DNA from: the human T2T-CHM13v2.0 reference genome, Homo sapiens
Strand: one strand, 5' to 3'
Length of the DNA: 64,000 nt
NCBI RefSeq assembly: GCF_009914755.1
Contig: NC_060935.1
The translations under genes and the position numbers were made by a program. This document shows, one piece after another, positions 38,114 through 58,915 of the stretch. Each line of letters opens with the position of its first letter. The first letter of the stretch is position 1. The notes under the pieces were generated by a model. It did not search any database. It was not told the DNA's origin and saw only the letters and a program-made list of their open reading frames with translations.

Positions 38114-39453
38114 AAAAACACTCATACAGTTACATAAAAGCAATACACAGTAGAATATAAAACTTAAAAAATCACATAAAATCATAAGCTACTCAGAAAC
38201 AAAAATAAAAAGTGTGCAAAAGATACACACTGAAAAGCACAAACGTCTGCAGAGCGAAATTAAAGAAGACCTAAATAATAAAGACATACGTCTCACTTGT
38301 GCATTAGAATATTCAATATAGTCAATGTGTTAATTCTTCCTAAATCTATCAATAATTTTAAAGCCACTTCTATCAAATTTCAGCAGGATGATGTTTGCAA
38401 AACTTCATGATCTGATTCTAAAATAAATGCTGTCATAAAAACACAAAAACCCCTTTGGAAAGTGAACAAATATTGTTGCATAATTTGCACTACTTAAATG
38501 TCCATGGTCAGTACCATGTGTCCAATTATCTGACCATTGTAGTATTTACATAACTAATTAATTAGGTGCACTTCTAGCAGACATCAATCAATTGATCATT
38601 GTAATTGAAGTAAAATCAGGTTAACTAAACATTTAATGTCTTCAAACACAAGTTGAACAGGGGTTTCTGAAGGCTTTCTTGAAAAAAATAAAGTATGTGA
38701 AAAACTGTCCCTTAAGTTAATATCATCCACCTAAGAGTTACTAAGAAGTATAGCATTCAAAGCAGTGTGTGGATCTAAGGATGATGAAGAGGTTAAGTGT
38801 ACAGAATAAAGAGATCACAAATAGATCCACTCGTATATGTAGCCAATGGATTTTTGAACAAAGGTGCAAAGGTATTTTAATGGAGACTGCTACTGGAAAA
38901 TATGGATATGTTCATTAAAATATTTAACTTCCTATAACACACCACATGCCAATACTCAAAACTAAATTGGTGGAAATAAAAATTCTAAATGTAAATGCTA
39001 AATCTACAAGTCCTCCAGGAAAAAAAAAAAAATGGAAGAATAGCTTTATGATCTTGAGGAAAGCAAAGATTTCTTAGGAAGAAAATAAAAGCACTAATTG
39101 TGAATAAAATATATATATATAATTATATATATATAAAGTGTGTGTGTGTCATCAAATTTTAAAACACGCATTCTTCAAAATAATGCTAAGATAATGAAAA
39201 GGCAAACCATAGACTAGGAAGACTATTCATAGTAAGTAATTCTGACAAATGATTGGTATTAAGAACATATAAATATCTCCCACAATTCACTGGTCCAAAT
39301 ATAAACAGTTCAATTAAAAAAAAAAGAAAGTCTAAGTTGTGAGCAGACACTTCATAAAAGAAGATACATGAACAGCAAACGATCACATGAAAAGAAATTC
39401 AACATCTGCATTTGTCAAGAAAATGTAAATTATGCCCATTATGAAACACCGCA

Positions 39454-39984
39454 TAACAAAGATTTCCTCCTGGACCAAACTCTAGAAAGAATCCTCTGAG
39501 CACTTTCTTGACTAGGCCTCAACCTTGGCCTAAAAAGACTTGAACAAAACACAAACACAGTGGCTAACAGCTCAAGGCCATATCCCTGGGATGACTGTAG
39601 TACTCCTGGAAGAACCTGCCTGAGAAAACTCAAGGCTGCCAACAAAAGATACTGTCTGTTTCAGCCAATATGTGGAGAAAGAGCTCTTGTCTACTAGCTC
39701 CCAAGGGAGGGTAGGAGCCAGTTGGCAAACCTGGGTGGGTTTCACATGGATCAACACTCCTTTCACACTTTTTGTAATTTTTTTACTTCTCTGACTCTCT
39801 TGAGCCCTGCTCATGCCTCTTCCTATTTCCTCATTCTACCTTTAGAATACACAGTTATCTCTGTGAAAACAAAATTAGAGTTCAGTTTACAGTGAACCTA
39901 CCTGTCCATTGCAATAGTATATTACTGAATAAAATCTGTCCTTACTACTTTAACTGGTAGCTGGCTTTGTTTATCTTTGTAACA
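39454..39984 (+). mobile_element. ERV1 solo LTR, MER67/MER31-like
   Basis: GACCAAACTCTAG..CCTCTGAGC..GACTAGGCCTCAACCTTGGCC start; CTGGCTTTGTTTATCTTTGTAACA end; host L1 resumes at CTTCACAC. Confidence 0.7.
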
Positions 39985-40346
39985 CTTCACACTCACTTCA
40001 ATGGGAGGAATAAAAAATATTGACAATACAAAGATTAACAATGATAATGTGAAGCAACTGAAACTCTTATAACACATAACAAGATATAATAATGAAAATA
40101 ATTCAATGGGCTGTGAAAAACTGGTGGCCCTTTATAAAATTTTATATAAATTTATAGTTCATCATAAAACTATGACACAGAAATTTTGCTCTTCAGTATT
40201 TATCCAAGGCAAAAGAAGACATATCCATACAGAGTCTCAAACATGTATCAGCAGATGCATAGATGAACCAATTATAGTATATCCCTATAATGGGTTACTA
40301 CTCTCAGCAATAAAAATGAACAAACTGTTCATACAATCTTGATGAA

Positions 40347-40377
40347 TCTATCATCTATCTATCTATCTATCTATCTA
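40347..40377. repeat. (TCTA)n microsatellite
   Basis: tctatcatctatctatctatctatctatcta. Confidence 0.9.
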
Positions 40378-42580
40378 AGAATCAACTTTCTGATTGACAT
40401 AGTAATGACCTTCCCAAAACTGTCCCTCCATGAAAACCATGAGAACACTAAAAAAAAGTCAAAGTCAACTGTTTCTGGATACTAGAAAGTAATCAAAAGC
40501 TTGCAACAATTCCGTGAGTATTTATTCAAGAAAAAATTCCTGAATCTTGGTAAGGACAGTGAACTTTGTGGCATCTTTACTTGCCCTATTCTCACACTTC
40601 CCAGCTGCACAGTAGCCTTGAAAATTGGAATTGTGATAACATGGCTGTACACATTTGTCAAACTTTACTGAACTGCACACTTAAAGTTCCTACATTTAAT
40701 GTAAGTGAATTTACCCCATAAATTTAACTCAAAGGAAATTTTTTCTTTCCTCAGAATTAAGCAAATCAAATTACTTGCTAGATGTTTAACATCCAGAGAA
40801 TCATTAAAAACAAAACCAAATAGAAAACAGAGCCACAAAGTTATCAGAGTTCTTTCCATACCCAGGATTACAACAAGTCAAAAGCTTAAGCATCGAAAGC
40901 TAAGGTGTTCCTCAAACCCATTTTCCCCTAGACTTTTTTAAAACAAATAATTCAAGTTGAGAGTCCAGAAAGCCACTAGTTCATCTCTTATCTTCTCTTT
41001 TTTTGTCCCCAGTATCATGGAAGCCTGGTTAAAAGAAAAAAAAAAAATAAGAAGAAGGAGAGAAGAAGAAGAGAAACTTAGATGTTAGATAAAGAGTTTT
41101 AAGTAGGAATTGGGTGTGGTCAAGGCAAATGGTTATTGGCCTTCTCTATGGAGATAAGAATCCAGAGTATCCATGTGGGCTGATGTGACCAGTGACTTTT
41201 CAAATTCCTTTCCAACACACAAATTACATTTTCCTTGAAAAGCAGGTACACTGAATAAGCATGGTAAGTAAAGTGATGTTTCTGTCAGGCAGTATAACAG
41301 AAACAGAAAAGAGAAAACACATGAAGCTTTCAACTCTAAGAAGCCTCAAAAAAGAGAAGGAAAACAGTCACATTTTTAAGGTTTTAGTCTCAAAGCTATA
41401 TGTGTTCTGTCATGTCTTATGATCTGATTTTGTTCTGATCCTCATAAGGATGGTCAAACTGCTAATTTAGTCCAAACAATTATGTGCGAGTATCATATAC
41501 TACTAAGAAGTTTCTGATTGTTTTAAAAAATAATGTTAGAACAAATAGACAGTCAGCAAGCAAAATAAATTAATGTAGTGATCTAATATGGCAAGTTATG
41601 GGGAAAATGACAATGCATCAGTCAATCTCAAATCATGCACTTTCAACATATAACAATATTAGCATAGCAAACCAGTGCGAAAATGTCTGGACACACTTGT
41701 ATTTTTCCACCAACAGAATTCTATGCATTATAATAGGCAGTGCAGTAAATATGTTTGCAAAATGGACATAGGAATTGTGCATGTGAGATCATCTAATGTA
41801 TCTCCTAATAGAGTAGACACTAGTTTTAACATTCTTTCTCACATCTGAACAGGATAAACTATCATTAACAAACTCTTAGTTAATAACACCTTCTTACCTA
41901 ACTAGAAGTTTGTTAATGAACAGAGCAGTGGGTAAGAAAAAAATTTTACTGCAAAAAGTAAAATAAATGGTAGTAGCTATTGTAGAGCAAAAATTATTCT
42001 CGTTGTATGATTGCACCTCCACCAGCACCATACATGAACATACACAATACATACACACCAACAAACACACATACACCTGCTGTGCACTTGAGCCATTTCA
42101 GGCAAGAGGAGTCATTTCCAAAAACAAGCAGCAGCCTTGTCTGTACTGAGATTGTCCTGAAAGTATGTAAGGCTGAGGCCAACATGTGAAGAGTCTGTAA
42201 GACACAATATAAGCTAAACCAAATTATGAAATAGGAATTGAGAGAAAGGCAGTGATACAGAGAGGGCAACAGAGAGAAAGAGACAGAGACAAGGAAAGAC
42301 AACTCACAACACTGAAAATATGTCCAAAGAACAAGGACACCTTGCTTTAAGAAGAATAAAACATTATCCAACAGATCACCCAACCATATATAAAAGAACT
42401 TTTCATTTCAAATACTGACTTTTAAAGATTGTAGCTATTAAATATTTTCAGCTCCAAATGTCAGAATCAACAATTTTTCTTTCATCACTATGTGCCTTCA
42501 ATTGTAATTATTCTTTCTCAATTTAGAAACATGTATTGATGACTTGCTATGAAAACAAGGAGATAGATATAATGTTTCTG

Positions 42581-48608
<6,028 letters not shown>

Positions 48609-48961
48609 CAGTACTTAACCGATACAATAGGTTTCATTTCTCACAGAACTCTCAGAATATATTAGGAAACATGGCATTGTATTATTATGAATTTTCTGTG
48701 TGACTAACAGACAAATAGAGTTGCAATATCTACACAATCACAGGAATGGGTATGTGCAACTGTTTGCTCATGAAAGGACAAGGGAGTTGATATTTGGGCT
48801 GTGCCTTGAAATATGAAGTTCTCTCCAGAATAAGGACAGCAATAAGGATAAAACTATTGGTTAAGAAAAAAAATGCCTTTTTAATATGCAATGTCTGAAC
48901 AACAGAATAAAGGAGAATAAAATTAAAAGATTGGAGTTGAATTTCTCATAAAAAAGCATAA

Positions 48962-49623
<662 letters not shown>

Positions 49624-49945
49624 TGTTGGCTCTTTTAAATGTTAATTTTCTATTTGGGTAATAACCAGTATTTCAATGGCAAAGCAATATACTAGGATCA
49701 CACTTCATATAATTTATCCAATCCCAATCTGTGGGAAACATTTTATGCTCACATATAAGCATTCACTATGTGGAAAAAAAAAAATCCAATCCTACTGGGA
49801 AAATATCTATTATGAAAATACTTGTCAAATGAGCTGAAATTCCAAACTTGTCCCAATCAAATTGCAGCTACCAGAAAAATAGATACCTATGGCTATTTGC
49901 TGAGGCATTCAAGAAATAACGTTCATCTGTTCATCTCACCCTAGG

Positions 49946-50286
49946 TTTTTTGGGGTTTGTTTTGTTTTATTGAGACAGGGTCATCCAGGCTGGAGTCATC
50001 CAGGCTCTGTCATCCATCCTCTGTCATCCAGACTGGAGTGTCGTGGTGACAACATGGTTCACTGAAGCCTCTACCTCCCAGGCTCAAGTGATCCTCCTGC
50101 CTCAGCTTCCCATGTAGCTGGGACCACAAGGGCATCCCACCACAACTGGCTAATTTTTTTTTATTTTTTTGTAAAGACAGAGTCTCTATCTTGTGTAGTT
50201 TGGCCTAAAACTCCTGGGCTCAAGCAATCCTCCTGCCTCAGCCTCCCAAAGTACTGGGATTACATGTGTGAGCCACACTGCCTGGC
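49946..50286 (-). mobile_element. AluJ
   Basis: TSD ACCCTAGGTTTTT; internal CATCCAGGCT duplications. Confidence 0.9.
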
Positions 50287-50833
50287 ATTATTACCCTAGG
50301 TTTTTAAGGTTAAATGGCATATAACACCAAAAGATTTGTATGTAGCATTTGGTACATAAGGAACTATTATAAATGTATGAAATAAAGACAAATCACCCTA
50401 CCTGAAAAGTTAACAAAGTATATGGACATATAAGTGAAAGAGAAATATGAGATTAGCATCAATATACTTAAAAATACTTAGTTTCACTTGTAATAACAAT
50501 TCAACCTTAAACACCAAATGAGAATTCATTGTTTACCCATCAGATTAGAAAACATTTAAAGTCTGACAACACCTAGTTTTGGCAAGAATAAAGTGATGTA
50601 AAGGTAACACTCACAAACTGTTGATAGAAATATAAATCAGTAAAACAATTGGCAATATATAGTAAATTTAAAGATACTTATATCTTATGACCAAGAAATT
50701 ACCAACCTACCTGAGAGGAACTCCTTACGTGGTACACATTCATAATTACACACAAAACATTTATTAATGGATTTTCATATTATCAAGAAACTGGAAAATG
50801 TAACTCTTCACCAACAGTAGAAATAAAATACAA

Positions 50834-51088
50834 TTTGGGAGGCTGAGGCGGGAGGATCACAAGGTCAGGTGATCAAGACCATCCTGGCTAACATGGTGAA
50901 ATCCCGTCTCTATTAAAAATACAAAATTAGCCTGGCATGGTGGTGGGCACCTGTAATCCCAGCTACTAGGAGGCTAGACAGGAGAATCGCTTGACCCTGG
51001 GGGGCGGAGTTTGCGGTGAGCCGAGATCGTGCCATTGCACCCCAGCCTGGGCAACAAGAGTGAGACTCTGTCTCAAAAAAAAAAAAAA
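50834..51088 (+). mobile_element. 5'-truncated Alu (AluSc-like)
   Basis: Starts TTTGGGAGG; poly(A); TSD GTAGAA(A)TAAA(A)TACA. Confidence 0.9.
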
Positions 51089-51858
51089 TCGTAGAATAAA
51101 TACACATATTGAGGCATATTTATATATTGGCATAGACTATACCACTAAAAATTGCTGCTGCATGATTCACCACAGATACATCCAACAATATTTAGTGCAA
51201 GATAAATAAATTGCAGAAAGATACATAGAGTGGATGCATTTATTTCAAGTTCTAAATGTAGCAAATCAGTACTACATATTTCTATGAATATATAAACACC
51301 TATCCAATGATGTAACTCTACAGAAGGATAAGAAACATTAAATTTGTAATAGAGTTTACAGCAAGAAATGGGACAAGAGACAGAATCAGTCAGGAGAGAT
51401 GTATCTTTGTAAGTTTTAAATTTCTGAAATAACTGAAACAAATGGGGCATTCTGTGAAGATTTAATAGTGATTAGTTGTGCTTACAAAGGAGTCTTTATA
51501 TTATTTTCTATTTTAGATGTATATTAAAAATAGTTCATAAGAAAAAATTAACAAGCGAAACCATGAAAATAATTTAATAATATATGTAAAAATCCACATG
51601 ATCATAGGTGGCATAAACTTAACTTCCTAAAAGTAAAAAAAGACACAATAAAGTGAAATAAAAAAATATTGAGAAAATTTAAAATGATAAAATATTAACT
51701 TTGGAAAAGATACAATAGAAGAGATAAAATGGAATTCATGTGTATATATATACAATTGCTACACCTGTATATATAACAAAAACATGTTTATATCATTGAG
51801 AAATATCTGAAATAAATAAGAAAACATATAAATACCACAATTTAAAAACAGGTGAAGC

Positions 51859-52233
<375 letters not shown>

Positions 52234-52887
52234 TCAAAATACACACACACACCTACATACACACATAAAACACACAAATATCCACATGCATTCGTGGATA
52301 AAACATTCAATTCAATTTATTTATTCAAAGGAAACAGGCAATGGTAATAAAAGAGTGAAGAATTGAGTTCACATGTTGATGGGAATCCTTACTGGTACAA
52401 CATACAAACAATTAAAAACTCTTTCTAAAGGAAATTTGGCATTTCCATGAAAAGCCTTATGAAATAGGGTTTCATTGGATCTATGATATCATTCTAAGGA
52501 TATAACTTAAAGTAATAATCCAAAGTACACCTAAAGGATCTTCATTTCTATATAATATGTATAAAAGAAAAACAGAAACCTCATCTACTATGGTTGGCAA
52601 GTTTCTGGAAAATAGCTTGGAGGCTTATTAAGTATTATAAAATGTAATTAGCAAATGTAGTCACTCATTGCCATTTATCCAACTTTTCAAACAGACTCAC
52701 GAAGATAAGCATAGAAGATTACAACTAAACAAGTGTGCTAAATGTGCTGCCTCATGTGAGATTCTGAATACATAGAAGTTAGGTAGATATCCTCCATTCA
52801 TTCAAAGGGACAAACAAAAACATTTAAAAAAATGTAATGAGCTGTCATTTTCTCAGCAATTGATAATTCTGTCTTTTATGATATTTT

Positions 52888-53133
52888 AGTATGATATATA
52901 GTACAATGATATATAGTACTATGATATATAGTACTATGATATATAGTACTATGATATATAGTACTATGATATATAGTACTATGATATATAGTACTATGAT
53001 ACAGTACTATGATATATTAGTACTATGATACAGTACTATGATATATTAGTACTATGATACAGTACTATGATATAGTACTATGATATATTAGTACTATGAT
53101 ATAGTACTATGATATATTAGTACTATGAGTACT
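52888..53133. repeat. AT-rich minisatellite, 13-16-bp unit AGTACTATGATATAT
   Basis: About 16 tandem units with TATAT/TAC/TATATT variants. Confidence 0.95.
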
Positions 53134-53403
53134 AATAATGGAATCATCTGTACTTCATTACTTTTTACAGAGCTAGAACAATGTCTTCTAGTCTTATATT
53201 TGAATTTCTATGCTTTCATTTTCAATTTACTGAGGTGGCAGTGTAAGCTCTAGCTAATAATTTGACATACACTTTTAAGTCCCATATGCAAATTACAAAG
53301 GACAAAAAACACTCAATGACAGATTGATTTGTTAATTTTAAATGTTCATTAATTGGTCAGATAATAAGAACAGATTCCAACGCCTATGACCAAAATATCT
53401 ACC

Positions 53404-54343
53404 TTACTTAGCAAACAGTTTCTTTTGAATAACTTTCCTTATACTTCTTTTAACGTCTTTATTCCTCAGGCTGTAGATCAATGGGTTTAACATCGGACTC
53501 ACAAAGATATAAAAAACAGCTACAATTTTCCCCTGTTGTATAGATGTCTCAGAAGGGGGCCTCAGGTACATGCAGAACAGTGTCCCATAGAAGACAGTGA
53601 CAGCGGTCACATGAGACCCGCAGGTGGAGAAGGCCTTGCGCCTCCCCTCAGCAGTGTGGATACGCAGAATGGCAGTGAAGATGAAAGTGTAGGAAATGAG
53701 GATGACGGTGAGAGAGCAAATGAGGTTGGAACCAGCCACCACCAACATGGCGGTCTCTTTGACATAAGTATCTGAGCAGGCGAGGACTAAGAGGGGTGGG
53801 TCCGCACAGTAAAAGTGGTTGATGTCATTGGGTCCACAGAAGGACAGACGAAGCATCAGGGTGGTCTGTGCTTAGACCATTTGCAAAGCCATAAATATAG
53901 GGAGCAGCAGCGAGACAGAGGCAGACACACCTGGTCATTTTGCTTCCATATAACAAGGGCTTGCAGATGGCCATGTAGCGGTCATAAGCCATCACTGTGA
54001 GCATATAATAATCTGTAATCACCAGTGCAATGAAAAAGTGAAATTGGATAAAGCAGCCGATGAAGGAAATGGTTTTTCTCTTGGATAAAAAGTTAACCAG
54101 CATCTGAGGAGTAACATTGGTGGTATAACAGAGATCTACAAAGGAGAGGTGACTGAGGAAGAAGTACATTGGAGTGTGTAGTGTCGAGTCACTTCTGATT
54201 AACAAGATCATGCTCACATTGCCGATTACTGTGATAAGGTAGATGACTAGAAATACCACAAAAAGAAGGGACTGCAGCTCAGCCCGATCTGTCAGTCCCA
54301 GGAGAACAAACTCAGTCACGGCTGTATGGTTTTTCTTTAACAT
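53404..54343 (-). pseudogene. OR5M13P: Olfactory receptor family 5 pseudogene with a single +1 frameshift
   Basis: ORFs 53825-54343 and 53404-53856 together carry all OR motifs; 940 bp = 939+1; symbol assigned from recalled cluster order, not verified. Confidence 0.8.
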
Positions 54344-55741
54344 TGTGTTTGCTTGGCTTCAAATGACATCTAAATAAAAGGAAATTAAAATGCATTTAGG
54401 TTTGTCATTTATGCATTACCCCAGTGGTGTCATCTGCTATTTCTTCCTCTTCTCTCAAAATGTAAATACATGTGACATTAAGAAATAGCCTAGTGAGCAT
54501 GTGATTGATGCTTTAAACATCTAAACTAATATAGAGTTTTTTAATATACAAAGGCAATAATATTTAAAATGGTTTTCTGTGGTTCTTTTCTGCAAGTCTT
54601 TTGATAGTTAAAGAGCCTTATCTTTTATCTTTTTGCAAGTCTTTGTTATATGTGTTCACTTAGACTTTTCTTGAACCCATGGTTGTAAACATTGCTTTTC
54701 TTTGAAACTGTAATTCTTTGTTTAACAACACACCTTTGAATGTGGGATCTAAAGTATCAGCCTTTGAAACCCTCCAGGTTTATCACAACTGAACGTGCTT
54801 AGGAAAGTGGGACTGATGCCTGGTATACATCCCTGTAGAACAAGAATCGCTTTGCCTGCCCCTGTGAACTGGAGATCATTTTCCAGATCTTCCCTCACCC
54901 TCTAATGTGTGCCCATTTTCTTCACTTTATTCTACCTCAGCTGGCCCTCTTATCAACAAATCTTTTTTAACTTTAAAGACCAAGCTACATTTCTTCATTT
55001 TGTATATTTTTGTCCAAGGGGGCAAAAATTGGTTCTTGGGGAATGAAAGTAGATATTACATATTTGTATTTATAATACATATGCACATAATACATAAACC
55101 ATATACATTTGCATGGTATATAGATACACAAGTGCACCTGTATTGATGGTATTAAATGTTGATAGGGATATAAAGAAAACAATAGTGTATCAAAGGGCTC
55201 CTGGGGAGGGGGGCAATAAGGATAAAATGATGAAGAAACTTATCCTCAAACTAAAATGCTGTTGTTTTAACTCTACCTCATTCTAACACTTGAAAAACTA
55301 AGAAAAAACATTGGAACACAAGTTCAATATGAATTTGTTAAAACATGTAACAGATCAAAGTGAAATCATAATCATATTAACAACATGACTGAGATCATAC
55401 TTAAAATATCCTGACCTGAATCTCTCAACATTTGGGCAAGATAAAAGTGACCATGAAGATCATGATGGAACAATCGACGTGTTTCTTCTATGACACATAT
55501 CCAGACTTGACAATGTTATACTAACTTTTTTTTAATAACTACCATGCCAACACTGGAAACAGGTCACTTCATAAATAAAGCACTCTGTAAATTCAATGTT
55601 CAAAACTTGTCCACCGTATTATCTCATTCTACACAAAAGGACATTGGGCTTCTGCCTAGGGTAATAAGTTAGAAGATAAGTCACCTAAATCAATAGAATC
55701 ATAATTACCTTGTTAAAGCTCACAGGGTCCAATTGAATTTC

Positions 55742-56280
55742 TTTTGGTTTTTATTTTTATTTTTTATTTCCATAGGTTTTGGGGGAAAAGGTGGTATTTG
55801 GTTACATGAGTAAGTTCTTTAGTGGTGATTTGTGAGATTTTGGTGCACCCATCATCCAAACAGTATATACAATGAACCCAATGTGTAGCCTTTTATCCCT
55901 CACCTCCTCCACCGTTTCCCCCAAGTCCCCGAAGTCCTTTGTGTCATTCTTATGCCTTTGCATCCTGACAGCTTAGTTTCCACTTATGAGTGAGAACACA
56001 CTATATTTGGTATTTTATTTCTGAATTACTTCACTTAGAATATTAGTCTCCAATCCCATCCAAGTTGCTGTGAATGCCATTACTTCATCCCTTTTTATGG
56101 CTGAGTAGTATTCCATCATATACATTTTGTATATATATTACATATAATATATATGTATATATCCATCAAACAACAAGTGGATAAAGAAACTGTGGTGTAT
56201 TATATATTATATCACATTATAATGTATGATATATATATAATATACCACATTCTCTATCCCTCTGTTTGATGGTACATTTA
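55742..56280 (-). mobile_element. L1PB 3' end fragment
   Basis: CATAGGTTTTGGGGGAA..GGTGGTATTTGGTTACATGAGTAAGTTCTTTAGTGGTGATTTGTGAG. Confidence 0.85.
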
Positions 56281-56281
56281 A

Positions 56282-56620
<339 letters not shown>

Positions 56621-57284
56621 TAATTACATTTTTAATGGGCTTTTTTATTGAAATATTAATCACCCTTCAAAATAACTTCTCAATTCATCTGTTTTTTTAT
56701 GAGTCTTTTTTTTTTTCTATTGGAAGTTGAAGTAATGCAAGCAATAAATAGTCCAAATAATTTAACTGAGAATTTTGTGGAAATAGTCTTTCTTCTGAAA
56801 AAACAAGAACACAATATCCTACTGCTTTGAGCAAGGAAATCTCAGGGAGAAGCTTCTGCAATTGGACAGAAATGGCTTTGGAGGCATCTGAGCCTGTGCT
56901 CTCCTGACATGCACCCTACACTGAGACATTCCCATGTGAATGCTTGCTTCTTCTATTCTGTCCTACAAAGAGTCTAGAAGGTTGGTCTTTGTCTTTAACA
57001 AGAGTGGTGTCTCCTTGGAAAGTGGTCATGGTTCAATTTGGAGTGGAAAAAGAAATCTAGAGAAGGCAGCTTCACAAAACATATTTTTATTATTTTTAAG
57101 TAATATAGGCTATAAACCTAAAAGTAGCCCATTCTTTATGAAAGGGCTATAAAATATTACATGATACAGCTCTTATAATAGTAAAGAGTGGCATTGTTAA
57201 CACAAAATGAATCAGAAGGATGATTTAATACCAGATCTTGATTGTTCTAAATCAAGTATAAACAGTAAGCATAGTTTACTATTG

Positions 57285-57520
57285 AAAGCCAGCAGAGTGG
57301 GACAGTTACTGGGAGTTTGCAGTCACACTTCCTGGGTGAAAAACCCAGTGCCTCTAGTTCCTACCTGTGTGGCCTGGGGCAAGTTATTAATTTCTGTGTG
57401 CCTCAGTTTTCTTATCCATAAAATTTGATTAATAGCCATTCTCTCTTGATGAGAAAGTTAATTCAGTAAAAGTTTTTAAAATATATCTGTCATGTACTAC
57501 ATGCTTAACAAATTGAGGCT
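57285..57520 (+). mobile_element. MIR
   Basis: TGTGTGGCCTGGGGCAAGTTATTAATTTCTGTGTGCCTCAGTTTTCTTATCCATAAAAT core. Confidence 0.75.
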
Positions 57521-58381
57521 ACTAGTATTATTTGGTGAATGATCCAGGTCTAGTCTAGAACGAAACTCAACATCAAAGCATGAGCTCCTTTAGGGTCAAG
57601 GATTTTTATCTGATCTAGTTATAGACTCAGCAGCACCTAGATTTGTGCCTCCTGAATTGGAGGCAGTCAATAATTATTGATGAAATAAAAATTCTTTTGG
57701 CCTATTTTCTTTTCATTATGCAAACACTCTGTAAACACCAGTACTCTGAAAAGAATAGCAACACTTTAATATAAACATTTTCTAATTCATCAGAATATGT
57801 TTCAGCTCCATTTATTTCTATCAATTAAAATATTTACTGCCGGATTTTAAACTTTTTAAAAAATATATCTAATCCTACCTGAGAAAGAAGCATGATTTCA
57901 TGATTACAGAATGGGTATTGAGAACCTGTAGAGTTTATAATGCAATTACTGTGTGGAGACCAAATCCCTGCAGGTCAATTATTTCTAGCAAAAAGTCATT
58001 CAAATTATGAACAACCACAATATTTCGATTCTTCTGAAAATCCTAAGCTCACGGAGCACATGAGTTTTGCCAACTCCACACTGTCTTCAGGGAATCGCAT
58101 CCCCCAAGAGTGATGTAGGAATGGGATTCATTATTTATTTTACTTTACTCCCAAATAATTTAATATGTTAGACTTTGGGAAATATTAAGTTCCTGCTTAC
58201 AGCAAGTATAGTGGATGGTATCGGGAGAAGGTTTCAGAGTCTGGAACACCATTGGAAGATAAACTAACTTTTGTTGAACTTGAACTAGTGATATATCAAT
58301 TTTGAGTTTTGTACATTTATCTTTTTAATAGGGATAGTAATGTGTAAGTGTGGAACATTTTGGATTTATAGATAATATAGG

Positions 58382-58915
58382 TGTGCTGGTGATTCTCCTT
58401 TTCCACCCTACTCCCATTCACATCTATTGTCTTCTCTTCTGTGCCTTGCATTGTTCACCTGGAGTTGGGCTCCTATGGACCTGGTCAACAGGGCACCTAT
58501 GGTGTCTGGTTTCCAGCTGACCTTGGCTTTTGAGAAGACTCTCTAGGATGTCAGAAGTGGGAAAGATAGGGAATTACCTCAATTTCTTTCTCATTCCCTT
58601 CCTGCTTCATTATAAGTGTGCTAAATTGGCTGCATCCCTCCCTGGAGAATGTCTTGGGATGTGTGTCTTGGGAAGATGTTGGCAAGGGATTTCTTCCTGG
58701 CTTCAGCTCTCACTGAGCTCTGTGACAGAAGCCACTGTCCTTGGTCCTTCAGACCTAAAGATGGAAATGGTTTTCTACAGTTAGCCTTGACTTTTTTAAC
58801 CCCTTTGGCTGATTCCTTTAACTTTACCTTTTTATTCTCTGTCTTTTCATTAAATTCTCTTTAGCTAAAACATATGAGTAGAATTGTGGACATCTCAGAT
58901 CCTGGCCAGAGCATC
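58382..58915. mobile_element. ERVL LTR33-like
   Basis: TGTGCTGG..CTCC..CTCCTATGGAC..TCAACAGGGC..TCTGGTTTCCAG..TTGGC resembles LTR33. Confidence 0.55.

Larger units (their letters stand above)
37650..40720 (+). mobile_element. Highly diverged L1 (L1M) ORF2/3' remnants
   Basis: TTATTCACAGATGACATGAT (RT FADD-like), GAAATTAAAGAAGACCTAAA, TGAACAAAGGTGCAAAGG; interrupted by an Alu, a 230-bp insert and an LTR. Confidence 0.6.

Noticed and set aside
52888-53133. CRISPR-like array
   Set aside because: No unique spacers, no cas genes, eukaryotic context.
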